The notes beneath the pieces were generated by a model, which was not told the DNA's origin, searched no databases, and was given only the letters and a program-made list of their open reading frames with translations. Shown one piece after another: positions 48,201 through 57,942 of a stretch of DNA of 64,000 bases. A program made the position numbers and the translations under genes. This DNA is from a virus (lineage: Duplodnaviria; Caudoviricetes). Position 1 is the stretch's first letter, and every line of letters begins with the position of its first letter. The stretch lies in the IMG/VR virus record IMGVR_UViG_3300029705_000041; one strand, 5' to 3'.

Positions 48201-49538
48201 TACATCAGAAGAATATGTAAGTTTATCATCGAATGTAGAACTAATATACATATTGATTGCTCTTACAACCCATGTGGTAGTACCAATAGAACCATTACTA
48301 TCTGTGATTTTTAATCTTACATTATTCGACCCACTGCTTAAAAATTTTCCGATATTAAAGCTGCAATTTCCTTGTGCTATGGTTTCAGTAGCAACTTTAA
48401 TATTTGATACATACCAATCGGCGGTACAGTCACCAGTAGCATCGCCAGTTGTATCAAGTGATGAAAAACTATACGATAACTCACAATCATCTCCAAGTAA
48501 CATAGTTACTGGTGTTCTTGTGATTTTTTCAATAGTAACCGTTGAACCAGTTGCAACACCGCCGCCTCCAGCAGGTAAAGTAACTTGGTCTTGAATATTA
48601 CCATCGCAATATAATGTTAATACATTAGTTTCTTGGTCAAGTCTAATCATATATTCATGACCATCATTCATACTATTTAAGGTATCTTGAATATCACTAA
48701 TATTATTTCCATTTGTCTCAACATCTGTAAGTAAATTAGTGATACTGATATTCATATTGTTTACATTTCTTTGTAATTCTTCTATATCTGATTTTATATT
48801 AATAGTATCTCCGATATTTATCCAAATTTCTTCATCTTCATTTGAAATGTATCTGTAATGACTATAAACTCCATTAAATAAAATATAGTAATCAGTAAAA
48901 GAATTTGCGGTTATTGTATTTAAAAAGCTATCTATTGACTCACTATCACTTCCATTTAAAAATTGAGCAGTAGAACCGCCTACCATACAAAATTGACCGC
49001 CAATATATTTATAATATAAACAACCATCAGAATTATGTACAATATAATCAACATCTTCTGAAGGTTGTACAATTTCAGTTAAAGCTCCGACAACTATTGT
49101 TGTAGCCGAGCCGAAAACATCCCATTTATATGCAATATTATCTTCATCATCAGAATATTTAATCCATACATATTTATCATATCCATTGCCCGCTTTATTA
49201 GGGACAAGATAGAATGTTGATACAGAAGGGCTTTCTACATTAGGGTATCCTTCAGCAGTTAAAGAATCTACAATTTCCCAACTTACTGCCTCATATGTTG
49301 AAAGTCTGCCATCCGAATATTCTTTTGCTCTTGCAAATCCGGTTTCTGCACCAGCCTCAATAACTGCCGAAAGTGCATTTTTAAGATTGGAATATGTTTT
49401 ATCATTGACAATTCTTGCAGCAGAAATTTCAGAATTTATATTTCCAATCGAAGTATTTAAGTCCTCTTTAACTCCATCAGCATATTTTTTTGTAGCATAA
49501 CTTTCTAAATCAGAGCTTAAAATGATTTTCTCTTTCAT
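42228..49538 (-). CDS. giant DGR-targeted tail/receptor-binding protein (beta-rich domains, CotH-kinase-like region, LRRs, InlB-B-like repeats, C-terminal CLec-type domain)
   Basis: 2436 aa; VDNRAKN...DYDND, LEILDLRNC...LDLSNC, TVTWVD..G...F.GW repeats, YIYLPSLREV...WWERSP plus VR. Confidence 0.85.
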   Translation of the reverse strand: MKEKIILSSDLESYATKKYADGVKEDLNTSIGNINSEISAARIVNDKTYSNLKNALSAVIEAGAETGFARAKEYSDGRLSTYEAVSWEIVDSLTAEGYPNVESPSVSTFYLVPNKAGNGYDKYVWIKYSDDEDNIAYKWDVFGSATTIVVGALTEIVQPSEDVDYIVHNSDGCLYYKYIGGQFCMVGGSTAQFLNGSDSESIDSFLNTITANSFTDYYILFNGVYSHYRYISNEDEEIWINIGDTINIKSDIEELQRNVNNMNISITNLLTDVETNGNNISDIQDTLNSMNDGHEYMIRLDQETNVLTLYCDGNIQDQVTLPAGGGGVATGSTVTIEKITRTPVTMLLGDDCELSYSFSSLDTTGDATGDCTADWYVSNIKVATETIAQGNCSFNIGKFLSSGSNNVRLKITDSNGSIGTTTWVVRAINMYISSTFDDKLTYSSDVTFRFTPNGSGIEKTVYIYLDNEDEPYFSKAYTSSGVAQSLIIPKEDLGHGSHSLRVYCTATVNEIPITSDILYFDIMYIDSEETAPVIGCAYNGDNGEQYSALTLDYFVYNPASQTANVNISVYSVSEEIRTLDSSTTVSVDRTAQSWAYKPTSYGNKVIVFTCGATTKEIPITINKFPYDINEVSGKAFDFNPSGRSNSDTNFATYTNNGYTMSVSDNFDWTNGGWKTDKDGNSYFCVKAGTTMSLNYPLFFPIGDDDIKQTGMNFKLIYKATNCRDLEAEVMSCMSGNIGMKMTATNAYLRTGSAAEKVKVPYCDDTYMEFEWNITPDENSGGFSEIFCLLDGDYTQPKLYSATDAFMQSTQAPIIFGSDNCDVWIYRLKAYRTHLSDTDLIANYIADAPDATEMADRYNKNNILNDDGELDYTKINAILPDMRVILIDCPRFTTGKKDSVTALKDSEGNVLYDCSVQHIYPAGGAAHTWTASGITLKGQGTSSEQYGASSRNLDIKCSNGFVFNDGKTSDTYSMTENSIGVNYFNIKVNVASSENANNACLADDYNTFQPYIRAARLANSKVRDTMEFHPCVIFVRESNPDISTHKEFADTNYHFYSCGDFGNSKKNHAAMGMDKTNPNECIVEIANNTDRICLFKHDGTSFKANGLADYDTIFNWEGWGDATDAQMEVGWHNSVEFRYPEDFGLTDKNGKVWTEDEHKTSLIDSFKRLYTFIASTDTAAATNATLEESVTYGETTYTVDSAEYRQAKFVNEFEEYMIKDSILYHYLFTERHTMVDNRAKNTFWHTSDGIHWDLVFDYDNDTADGNNNEGNLTLTFGMEDIDKIGDGNVYNGASIIGDADSCTLWANVRENMYDDLAALFKTLESKGAWDSTRIINKFKAYQSVKCRRLQMFDARRKYIRPYENPNTLGGYTSNSAYFAMMYGLKELQRTLFETYQELYCSSKYNGSAATGSSAAITVRSYSGGVLEIIPYASVYVAVQAGSTRITQRAMRGEKVVVDLTHLTLNDTETYIFSASLIQKINGLASLHIGYANFSPATKLTELYVGSADEDYINTSFGSSEAGNGIDVSANTLLEILDLRNCASFNSALDLSNCQALKEVYTTGTQCSGITFATGGMVEKAELNDIGALIAKNLTKLYYGKEDVSDTLTFEGNTNLKQLIVENMDNTYQASLNASSDMACINALALYQACDNIERIRLTNMYWILDNDTASILDDIKLLAGYNANGYNQSKSVFTGYVFIPTLKQSKEIEYLDIWGNDLTIAYNTYIEQHEIKFIDDDEITILFTEWVDAGGTVVNPKNYFDDYTTPVKPMDERYIYTFKNWKDVSSDVTYPESATNFATNVGHTITYKAQYTAVEREFTVTWVDGFGTTLKTQTVSYGSEAVWDFMPSADGIPTYTAVESSLRFYLFKGWNKSTGYVTSDMTVTALWDLVSNAPVTRDDSDTEYLNNASWTDIYRICAGYPLSINNYIKGGDRKTFRMGNDYSFSNVEEIDIISESTYFDGFTAYEVTDGDGNVVELFGDKDKSFTLCLDYEYTATSLTSTLLSVSDTTNNSIPLRLQYSGGHRLDFGSAYNIVGNAKNRNMLVIRHIKGEDKLYTYSFNLATTPSTNAPVAFTDSKTISTLTNSSIGAGKLVIGGAESSSGFGAFGKGFIHKCKIWFDDLGDSVARSICDWTTENVVIRVASSDGDVTGRYALSDNALKTSSVSFMFEGLLMHTHRMNVGNYNYSTSGGSAGDGYYTYSGWHDTQMRKFLNPEHSDCSKDTYTVGTSEKYAGEMGRFYRGLPVQLRSLIKRVKTYANVGNAAGNSASTPVRSDDDYIYLPSLREVGGSGEPYVREGLYGNTLVANSDIFRAKFIGRIVPEDATYYAATATAGATVSVSDPTTLFTVKSGDVWKNNTAVYIYEDAETRELYNHTADETYFIEADDGGLWIRAYSWWERSPVATGATTFCSVGSTGGNGSYYGASYAGGVCPCFSIGA
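42243..42372 (-). repeat. DGR variable repeat (VR), 130 bp
   Basis: 3' end of the target gene, RAYSWWERSPVATGATTFCSVGSTGGNGSYYGASYAGGVCPCF. Confidence 0.95.
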
Positions 49539-49571
49539 ATATGTAATGAACTCCTTTCAATTTGTTAAATT

Positions 49572-49603
49572 AAAAAGGGATAGGCAGAGTTTACCATATC
49601 CCT
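49572..49603 (-). terminator. putative intrinsic terminator just upstream of the DGR target gene
   Basis: Minus strand AGGGATA...TATCCC followed by T5. Confidence 0.5.
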
Positions 49604-49627
49604 CGTATATTAAATTATTTTTTATAT

Positions 49628-50998
49628 TTACATCAAGATTACAGCTGGTTCTACCGCAAATATAATAGTTCCTTCCAAAAACCATGATTCGGTTTCTAAA
49701 GCTTTCACTTTATAAACACCATCATTTTCAGATACAATACCATTCAAATATGCAATATCTTCATTCGGACTTATCATTTCACCCGCTTCGCCATCCCAAT
49801 ATTTTGTACAGTTAAATTTATAATTTAATGGCACAATTACACCTTCTGACCTCATATAAAGATTTACTCCAAGCATCGTAACAACATAATCATCATGATA
49901 ATCTAAAAGCAAATCACTTACATAGCCTAAAATCTTCTCGTTTGTTGTAATAGAACGAGAAATACTTTTTCTGTATATAGATGCACCAGTGGATAAAACC
50001 CCAATTTTATCTATTCCATTTACACTATGAAAAACGGCATTAACTGCATCAACAACACCATATTTACAGGTTGAATAACCTTCGTTACGTTCATAATTGG
50101 CACTTTCTAATTTGTCCATAGTAATAGCATTATTCTTCAAATTTGAGTTACCCACAGAATTATCTGCAAGTTTTTCATCTGTAACTGAATTATTAATAAT
50201 ATTATTTGTATTAACAGAATTATCTGCAAGTTTTTCATTTGTAATTGCATTATCTATAATATGATTTGTGGCGATACATCCATTACCAAATGTAGTTGTA
50301 AGGTATTTCACAATAGGGTCTGAAATAGTTGCTCCATCCCAATATACCACAAATCCATAGTATTCATCTTCGGTATCTAAAGGCATATAAAGATATAATC
50401 CCGATTCTAATCCTTCAAATTCTTCAAACGCTAATTGAGTAACAATACCTTTCGGAGAAGCACTTAAATTTCTTAATGTTTCTTCATCCACTGCTTTAAG
50501 TGTCTCATATCCATCATAAATAAGTTCGATAAGTTGCTCGTATGTCGCACTTTCTTTTGAAATAGAGAAGTCTGAACTATTTATACCAGGTCTAATTATC
50601 AGTGTTGCTGGACTCGTAGATAATTTATAAACGTTGTCTCCATTATCAAACAATACAAACACTAATTGAAATTTAACTTCTCCTGCTGATATAGTAACAT
50701 CTCTACCAACTAACCAAGCAAGAGATATAGTTCCATCATCGTTTTCTTTAACTTCACTAATTGTATATACACCAAAAGAGCCATCTGCGTTAACAAAATG
50801 AACCTGTGCAGTCTTTTGATATAAATCTCCATTGCCTTGAACATCCGGTTCATCAAAATATCTTGCAACTTTAAACCATACTTTTTCAGAATTATTATCT
50901 GCCTCTACTCCAATATATTTTAATTCTTCTGGTATGGTAATTGTTCTTGTATCTAAATCAACAACTAAAGGATGTTCTTTTATGCTTTCCATTGCCAT
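49628..50998 (-). CDS. baseplate-upper/tail fibre-like protein
   Basis: BppU-like N-terminus (RTITIP, GVEADN, RYFD, W...G.V.F); (I/V)T.EKLADNSV repeats. Confidence 0.65.
   Translation of the reverse strand: MAMESIKEHPLVVDLDTRTITIPEELKYIGVEADNNSEKVWFKVARYFDEPDVQGNGDLYQKTAQVHFVNADGSFGVYTISEVKENDDGTISLAWLVGRDVTISAGEVKFQLVFVLFDNGDNVYKLSTSPATLIIRPGINSSDFSISKESATYEQLIELIYDGYETLKAVDEETLRNLSASPKGIVTQLAFEEFEGLESGLYLYMPLDTEDEYYGFVVYWDGATISDPIVKYLTTTFGNGCIATNHIIDNAITNEKLADNSVNTNNIINNSVTDEKLADNSVGNSNLKNNAITMDKLESANYERNEGYSTCKYGVVDAVNAVFHSVNGIDKIGVLSTGASIYRKSISRSITTNEKILGYVSDLLLDYHDDYVVTMLGVNLYMRSEGVIVPLNYKFNCTKYWDGEAGEMISPNEDIAYLNGIVSENDGVYKVKALETESWFLEGTIIFAVEPAVILM
50154..50238. repeat. 25-bp direct repeat with 60-bp period, encoding EKLADNSV fibre repeats
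   Basis: ACAGAATTATCTGCAAGTTTTTCAT at 50154 and 50214. Confidence 0.85.
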
Positions 50999-51012
50999 AT
51001 ATAATCACCTCT

Positions 51013-52227
51013 TTATTCGTCAAGATTTTTTAATACAACTCCACTACCCGTATATCCATCAATGTAGTAAAATACTGGCATAAACATATAATTTTTTCCG
51101 CCATTATCATCATCAATATGTGTGAATATTAATCTGTTATAATATGCATTACTATTTTCATATGATTCCTTAAATGGAACAATTTCATAATATGATGAGT
51201 CATTAATTGGCAAAAACATTAATGTATTATAGTTACTTGATTGCATATATCCAAAAACAACATAATCATCATAAAATCCACAAGGATAAATATATTCATC
51301 TGACGAATTATCTGGAATAACTTTTGTTACTTTAAATGTTGCTTTGCTACTTGAATTTGAATATAATGAAAACTTATAACCGCCAGTATATGTTGTATTT
51401 CCAACAGTTGCAATATTAATACCTCTTTGATAAAAATAATATTGACCATTATAAAATCCCGTTGGTAAACTAACGCTTAATTGTTTTCTAGTTGACCCAT
51501 CCCATACAAATTGAATATTATATTCAGAATAATAACTACTGTAATTGGTTCTTGGATTGCATATTACACAAACCTTGTCTCCAACTAAAATGGATAACGA
51601 AACTCTAAAATAACTGGTTGAAGTTGAATATACTGGTGTTGTTCCAGAAACAACATAATAATTTGAATCTTGTGCAATATCGTATATGTATAAACTTGAA
51701 ATAGAAGATGCATAACTTGCATCTCCATGTTTAACCTTGAAAATTCCATATCCACTACCTCCGATTCCCCAAAGATAGCTATAAATATCATCACCATCTA
51801 CATATGTTCCAATATACCACTGATATGTTATAGACGAATTATTCGTTTTCATACTGTATTTGGTGATATTACCATTAATAGGATTAATTTCTATAACATA
51901 TTGATTCGCACAATCATATTCAAAAATTCTTCCTTCTTGTGTAATGGTTTTTCTATAATTATATCTATTTGGGTATGAGCTTGAATATGGATAAGCATAA
52001 TTTGAATATAAATATTTAAAAATATCACTATTTGGGTCATTAAAAATATCTGTATTCTTATATCTAAAAGCATTTTGAATACCATACTGTTTTTTGGTAA
52101 TTCTTTCAGATATATCAGCTGCATTTTGAGAAATTGAATTAGACAATGTTGTTAGTGTACTAGCAAGTTTGGTTTTAAAACTTCCCCAAACATTTGACAT
52201 TTCTACGCCATCTAACCAATTAGCCAT
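51013..52227 (-). CDS. Tyr/Ser-rich putative tail-associated adhesin
   Basis: 404 aa; short helical N-terminus, then an aromatic-rich beta domain; lies in the tail operon. Confidence 0.55.
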   Translation of the reverse strand: MANWLDGVEMSNVWGSFKTKLASTLTTLSNSISQNAADISERITKKQYGIQNAFRYKNTDIFNDPNSDIFKYLYSNYAYPYSSSYPNRYNYRKTITQEGRIFEYDCANQYVIEINPINGNITKYSMKTNNSSITYQWYIGTYVDGDDIYSYLWGIGGSGYGIFKVKHGDASYASSISSLYIYDIAQDSNYYVVSGTTPVYSTSTSYFRVSLSILVGDKVCVICNPRTNYSSYYSEYNIQFVWDGSTRKQLSVSLPTGFYNGQYYFYQRGINIATVGNTTYTGGYKFSLYSNSSSKATFKVTKVIPDNSSDEYIYPCGFYDDYVVFGYMQSSNYNTLMFLPINDSSYYEIVPFKESYENSNAYYNRLIFTHIDDDNGGKNYMFMPVFYYIDGYTGSGVVLKNLDE

Positions 52228-52244
52228 ATATATCTGCCTCCTTT

Positions 52245-52562
52245 CTAAAACTTAACTCCAATGTAAGCATTACTCATATTGGATTTATTATAAAAAATTT
52301 TCACTTTATTTCCTTCGGCAAGAATACTACCACTTAAATTTGGTAATGAAGTTAATGTGTTAAAGGCTAATTCTACATCCGCAGATGTAGTACCTATTAC
52401 ATTTCCACTACTGTCTGTAGTTTGTACAGGATTTCTTACAATTCCTTCATAAGAAAACTCAACATTTGCTGAATTTAATTGTTTACTAAATTTTTCTTCG
52501 ATACGTTGATAAATAATATCAACTAATTCGTCAAGCAAAGAACTATTTATATTACTCATCAA
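52245..52562 (-). CDS. small tail protein (spike-like)
   Basis: 105 aa with LPNLSG..L..G.KV pattern; follows the hub-like gene. Confidence 0.55.
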   Translation of the reverse strand: MMSNINSSLLDELVDIIYQRIEEKFSKQLNSANVEFSYEGIVRNPVQTTDSSGNVIGTTSADVELAFNTLTSLPNLSGSILAEGNKVKIFYNKSNMSNAYIGVKF

Positions 52563-54055
52563 AAACTCACCTCATTTATACTACTTACACTCATTTTCAT
52601 AACCATTTCAGAAGATATTTCAATAGAATTAATGACAAATTTTTCATTATCAATTCCAGACCTTGAATCTGTCAAAAATACTAGATAATTACATTCAAGA
52701 TGCGGTATATAAATGCTATCAAACTTCATTTGAATTCCCAATCTACCTTGTTTAATCATTTCATATTTTGCTCTCGTCTTACAATATGTATCTCCGATAA
52801 GATTAGAATCTTCTATATAAAGAGGGGAGGGGGTAGTCATATAAATATTCATTTGAGATTGTGGGTTTTCGTTTATAACAGTTGCCTTATATTGTCTACC
52901 ATTCTCAATACTTCCCGCAACAATAATTTGATTTACGAGTTCTGAAAATTTAATATCATATACTGGCTTTGTATGTTGATTTTTATTATCTTCATAATTC
53001 CATAAAATAGATTTATTATCCAAATCATCATTAGTTGTGGCTCCAGGAGTTAAAACCAAGTTGCCAGATGTATTGTAACAAACATCACAAGAAATCATAT
53101 CTGCAAGTTCTATAATTATATCTCCAATTGTACAATTCTCATCGGTTGTAATTGTATAAGGTGTAACCTCTGTGATATACATAAATGGGAATACAATAGG
53201 CTTTTTATCAAAAACTTTATCAGGTATTTCAATAAATCTTTTTCCATTAAATCTGTATGTTTTAGAAGAAACAGTATAGGAATGCCCTTCAATAATTTCC
53301 ACAAATGTTCTTTTAGCGGTACAATAATAATATGTACCAGTTGATGTTACTTTGTACACATATCCAACCGTTCCAGAAGTTGGAATTGAGCTTATTGTTT
53401 GTATATTACTTGTACTCATGTTCGGTAAAGAAGATAAAGTTGTTGTAACCCCAATATCATCTCTTTTTAAATTTAAGCATAATTCTATTGCTGCTTTAAT
53501 TGTAGTTCCGACAGGAATATTAAAACTGCTTGCCCTCTTTCCTGAAACGGTTCCGTCAAGCATCGCAAACTTATCATATATAGGAACACCAACAGTACCT
53601 TTTTCGTAATTCATTGAAATATCTCCGCAAACAAAAATACCACAATCTTTCCAAAATATAATTTGATTGTGATATATACCTATTTCAATTTTAAATTTTG
53701 TACCTTTCCAAATTGTTTGCTTAACAGGACTTGGATTCCATTCTCCTTTATAATTCATCAATGTGATATTGCCGGTTCTAGTCATCCCTTGCTCATATGT
53801 AAACGATAAATTCCATTCTAAGACATATTCACTAATATCTTTATTTAATGTTTCATCTTCATTTAATATATATACTCTTACAGCTTTTTGGCTCAAAGGT
53901 GATTTAATAGCCATATTATATTCAGAGCCACAAAGACTGTATATATCATTTGAAACTAACGGTACTTCATTTTCAACATTTGAAAATACCTCATATTCAT
54001 TATTGCCATTTAAAACATATAATGTCGTACCACTTAATATAGCCAAAAAAATCAC
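52559..54055 (-). CDS. tail hub/Tal-like structural protein
   Basis: TRTGNIT, YDKFAMLDG, NQIIVAG and IPHLECN motifs; tail operon position. Confidence 0.6.
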   Translation of the reverse strand: MIFLAILSGTTLYVLNGNNEYEVFSNVENEVPLVSNDIYSLCGSEYNMAIKSPLSQKAVRVYILNEDETLNKDISEYVLEWNLSFTYEQGMTRTGNITLMNYKGEWNPSPVKQTIWKGTKFKIEIGIYHNQIIFWKDCGIFVCGDISMNYEKGTVGVPIYDKFAMLDGTVSGKRASSFNIPVGTTIKAAIELCLNLKRDDIGVTTTLSSLPNMSTSNIQTISSIPTSGTVGYVYKVTSTGTYYYCTAKRTFVEIIEGHSYTVSSKTYRFNGKRFIEIPDKVFDKKPIVFPFMYITEVTPYTITTDENCTIGDIIIELADMISCDVCYNTSGNLVLTPGATTNDDLDNKSILWNYEDNKNQHTKPVYDIKFSELVNQIIVAGSIENGRQYKATVINENPQSQMNIYMTTPSPLYIEDSNLIGDTYCKTRAKYEMIKQGRLGIQMKFDSIYIPHLECNYLVFLTDSRSGIDNEKFVINSIEISSEMVMKMSVSSINEVSF

Positions 54056-54059
54056 CTCC

Positions 54060-54920
54060 TTAAATATTTTCTATTGCATATACTGCTATATTGTCGCTAT
54101 CATCTAACTGTGTAAAATTAAATGATATTGTTGTTTGTAATTCTCCAAATTTGTCATCACTATCATATGAAGCATCGGTTATTTCGCAAGGTATAATGTG
54201 TCCTTTAATATCTCTCAATAATTTTAATTTACCATTATTACAAAATTTTCTCCATTGTCTTAATTTATTAATATCATCATTCTGATAATTAATTTCACAA
54301 TCTACATTTCCTATAAGACATTTAACATTTCCGGTCAAATAATCAGTTTCACCAACATATGTTTTAGGGAATTTTCCTAATCCACTTGTAATAGATTTAT
54401 CGTCATTTATTGAAAATGTTCCACCTTCAACATCAACATAGAAATTCCAAATATTATCTGCGTCAACAATATATGAGTTTTCTTCATTGGTTGGAGTAAG
54501 GCTAATAATACTCCAAGAATCAAAATTCGTTTCTATACTATCTGTCAAAATAGGCTCTCCTAATATTTTATTTCCATTTTTCATATATATAGGAGTAATA
54601 AAATACTGATAGTTTGCTCTGCTACCAATGTTGAAATCTTTAATATTTGTTATGGTCGAATCTACTTCTGCAACTTTATAACGAACATCTTCATCTAATC
54701 TTTGACGGTGAATTAAATAACCATAAACAGTTTCGGAAATATTACTTGCATTTAAAGTATTCATAAATGTAGCTAATGTAACCGTGGTGTTATCCCAAGA
54801 AGGAGAGTATATTCCTTTTTCGGTTAAACTGCTAATGTCAGTTGCTGTCAGAGTAGCTTTCTTGCTCCACACATAATTAATGTCGCAATTACCATAAACT
54901 TTTAGTGTTGAAAATGCCAT
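54060..54920 (-). CDS. distal-tail-like structural protein
   Basis: Fn3-like segment plus KLLRDIKG..I C-terminal pattern; tail operon. Confidence 0.55.
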   Translation of the reverse strand: MAFSTLKVYGNCDINYVWSKKATLTATDISSLTEKGIYSPSWDNTTVTLATFMNTLNASNISETVYGYLIHRQRLDEDVRYKVAEVDSTITNIKDFNIGSRANYQYFITPIYMKNGNKILGEPILTDSIETNFDSWSIISLTPTNEENSYIVDADNIWNFYVDVEGGTFSINDDKSITSGLGKFPKTYVGETDYLTGNVKCLIGNVDCEINYQNDDINKLRQWRKFCNNGKLKLLRDIKGHIIPCEITDASYDSDDKFGELQTTISFNFTQLDDSDNIAVYAIENI

Positions 54921-56422
54921 TACTCACTCACCACCGTTTCATTATATTTTTTGCTACGATATACAACAGCATTGTCATTCAAAATACCAATTATCCACCA
55001 ATACTTGTTTGTTGTATCATTACTTAATAATACGTTATTATCAGATATTTCATCAGTATCATTAAGTATATATAAAGTATCATCATCAATTTTTGATGTG
55101 GCACTACTTTCATCAGTGACTACTGTTTCAGATTTGTATATAGCAGATGTTAATTTTAAAAATTCACTAACATACATTTTTGAAGATACACCAAATTTAT
55201 AATAAAAACCGGCACCCATATTACTACGTGCGATACCTATTGGCATATTTTCATCTTCTGTATCTGTATAAATCAAATCTGTTCTGTTTGAGTGGGTTAT
55301 TGAATTAGGAATATCATGTCCAACAAAGATTATATTTGCCAAAGCATTTGGGTCTGATTTTTCAATAATTATTCCTTCGTATGCTTCATGACCATGCCAA
55401 TGTATGATTTGATTTGTGTCATCTAATTCAAGTGGAACTCCAGCTGTCTGTTCATTCCAATATACTATCTGATTTTTTGGAATGCACGCAGCATTATTAC
55501 TTCCGTCTGCGGGAATTTCACCTGTATCACTCAATATGTATTTATCAAATGTTATATTTTCTTCATCCTCATCGCACTTACCAACAATACTAATATTGTA
55601 AGAATAGTCAATAGACACAAATTCTTTATCAATATCTATATCTACAACAGGATTTATGGGGGCAGAGAAGTAGTCATACACTACATTCAAATCATAAATA
55701 TATTTTGTTTGAGTTTTGTCATCATCTAGTATTAAAAGTTCAAGTTTATATTCGTTTCCACTTATCAACGAATCATATTCAAATATAATATTAGACGAAA
55801 CTACATTTCCTGTTGTATAAACTATATCGTTTCCTAAATAAAGATTAAAACAATAATAAGCCGGTAAAATATTTTGTGCTTGTGAATAAGTAGCTTGGAT
55901 ATATATATTACCTGAATTAATGTTATTAATATTTGAAGTTGATATTTCAACATCATTATTAAATAATTCAATATGTGCCTTATCTCTCACTTTAAAATAA
56001 TAATCACAGCTTGTTATTGCATTATCATGATTATCATATAATGTTATATTCCATATATAATCTCCATATTTTTTATCTTCATCTTCTGTTTCAGAATTTT
56101 CTTGTGATTTATCTAATATATAGTTTGCTGGAATAGGGATTTTTAACATAGTATCATTTTTATATGTTCCATAAAGCGGTAATTGTAAATTATCAATTAA
56201 TATAGATGTATCTATCTGTGAACTTGTCCCTGTATATTGTAATCCAGCCTCATCCTCGGTAACTGTTAATACAGATTTACCAGTTGTACTATTCATATCC
56301 ACTATCCTTAAAATATATTTAGAAATAATATCTCTTGGATTTATTACACAAACAAATATATTATCAACTGTTGAGTCGATTGTTTCCAAATATGGAGTAG
56401 GAGACATAGGTTGATATGGCAT
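54920..56422 (-). CDS. tail structural protein
   Basis: 500 aa, acidic and beta-rich, coupled to the next gene. Confidence 0.55.
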   Translation of the reverse strand: MPYQPMSPTPYLETIDSTVDNIFVCVINPRDIISKYILRIVDMNSTTGKSVLTVTEDEAGLQYTGTSSQIDTSILIDNLQLPLYGTYKNDTMLKIPIPANYILDKSQENSETEDEDKKYGDYIWNITLYDNHDNAITSCDYYFKVRDKAHIELFNNDVEISTSNINNINSGNIYIQATYSQAQNILPAYYCFNLYLGNDIVYTTGNVVSSNIIFEYDSLISGNEYKLELLILDDDKTQTKYIYDLNVVYDYFSAPINPVVDIDIDKEFVSIDYSYNISIVGKCDEDEENITFDKYILSDTGEIPADGSNNAACIPKNQIVYWNEQTAGVPLELDDTNQIIHWHGHEAYEGIIIEKSDPNALANIIFVGHDIPNSITHSNRTDLIYTDTEDENMPIGIARSNMGAGFYYKFGVSSKMYVSEFLKLTSAIYKSETVVTDESSATSKIDDDTLYILNDTDEISDNNVLLSNDTTNKYWWIIGILNDNAVVYRSKKYNETVVSE

Positions 56423-56441
56423 ATTATTTCATCTCCCATCT

Positions 56442-56999
56442 TTAAGTTGTTCTTTTTGAAGAGTCTACTATCACCAACATTTTCATAGCAGGAGCTACTT
56501 CCTCATGCATATATCCATTGCCACCTGCATCTTCATAATCTTGAAACAATGCCCAGAATGTTTCTGATTCAACACGTGTCCATGTTCCTGATGGATTTGT
56601 ATTTGGATTAGTGTAGTATCTATAATTTTGTAAAAGACAATCTCTTAATTTATTCTTTTCTCTACGTTGAGTAATCTCCTCCATATCGGCAAGTCGTTCT
56701 GCTGTCTGTTTTTGTGTTTCTCTTAATCCTTCTTGGGATTCTCGTAATCCTTTAATGTCACTTTCTAATTTTTTTTGAATTTCAATACTTTGTTGACGAT
56801 ATTCTGGATATTTACGAACTGCATCAAGAGCTTCTTTTAATTGTTCATCTCGTTTCTTTTCTGACTCATGGATTTTTATTAAATGGTCTTTAACTTTTTT
56901 ATATATTAAATATAAAAAGAAGGCAGCGAGTATCAATTCTATAACATTCAGAATAGTTATATCGCCAAAAAGCTTTACGAATTCATCGAAACCGTTCAA
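56442..56999 (-). CDS. membrane-anchored coiled-coil protein (holin-associated)
   Basis: N-terminal TM, coiled coil, YEDAGGNG motif. Confidence 0.6.
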   Translation of the reverse strand: MNGFDEFVKLFGDITILNVIELILAAFFLYLIYKKVKDHLIKIHESEKKRDEQLKEALDAVRKYPEYRQQSIEIQKKLESDIKGLRESQEGLRETQKQTAERLADMEEITQRREKNKLRDCLLQNYRYYTNPNTNPSGTWTRVESETFWALFQDYEDAGGNGYMHEEVAPAMKMLVIVDSSKRTT

Positions 57000-57074
57000 T
57001 TATATCACTCCATTCGTTAGATAAAGAAAGGAGTTGGAATAATACCAACACCTTTCCTTAAAATTATGTATTAT

Positions 57075-57485
57075 TTACTTTTTTGTTTGTTTTGTACTTT
57101 CAGCACTTTTATTCTTTTCGATAATAGTCCTCAATTCTTCTAAGGCATTATCAATTTCTTTATCAATCCATTCAACAAGGTCTTTTTGGTCTGTTACTTT
57201 TGAAAGGATAGGATATTTTTCAAAAATATCTTGAATTACTTGTGAACGTTTGATACTGCCGGCTTGTTTCCATTCATTATAATCTAATTCTGCGTCAGAG
57301 ATTAATTTAAGAATAGTTTCACTTACCTGTGTTTTTGCAATTTCAATCTTTTCATCATCAGTTAAATTAATATAATTCTTAATCTTTTTTGCCAAAGCGA
57401 TAATTAAACCGATAATAACAATAATTGTAGTCCAATTATCATTAATCAACGAAAGAAAATTTTGAATACCTTCTAAAAAAATCAT
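57075..57485 (-). CDS. holin (LL-H-like)
   Basis: Single N-terminal TM; AE...G..KR..V pattern. Confidence 0.65.
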   Translation of the reverse strand: MIFLEGIQNFLSLINDNWTTIIVIIGLIIALAKKIKNYINLTDDEKIEIAKTQVSETILKLISDAELDYNEWKQAGSIKRSQVIQDIFEKYPILSKVTDQKDLVEWIDKEIDNALEELRTIIEKNKSAESTKQTKK

Positions 57486-57497
57486 TAAAAAACCTCC

Positions 57498-57884
57498 TTA
57501 ACCACAAGCATTTTCTTCATCTTTGATTGAGGTGTCAACATTTATATTTGCCATTGTGGATTCATATACAATTCCACCTCTTGTGTTTTCCGCCTTACTC
57601 TTACTATAATATCCCCAAATAACAGGGGTAAGAGCAACCGGAATTCCGATTAACGCATATAATGCACTTATATTTTTTGTTTCCCACATAACCCATTCTA
57701 CAAATACAACAATTTGGATGCATAATATAATCATGCCAAACAATACAAGTTTACTTGTAGATGGAAATTTAAACCCTCGTTTTATCTTTGCATCTTTCAA
57801 AGCCTGTTTTCTTTCGTAGGATTCATTTCTCTTTTCAATTTTTCTCAATTTCTGTTTATATTCTCTTTCAGTCATTTCAAACAT
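57498..57884 (-). CDS. holin-like two-TM protein
   Basis: Two TM helices; YYSKSKAEN..GGI motif. Confidence 0.6.
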   Translation of the reverse strand: MFEMTEREYKQKLRKIEKRNESYERKQALKDAKIKRGFKFPSTSKLVLFGMIILCIQIVVFVEWVMWETKNISALYALIGIPVALTPVIWGYYSKSKAENTRGGIVYESTMANINVDTSIKDEENACG

Positions 57885-57942
57885 TTTATATCATCCTTTT
57901 CATGTATAGAAAAAATATATACAATAAAAATAGTGTTTTGTT

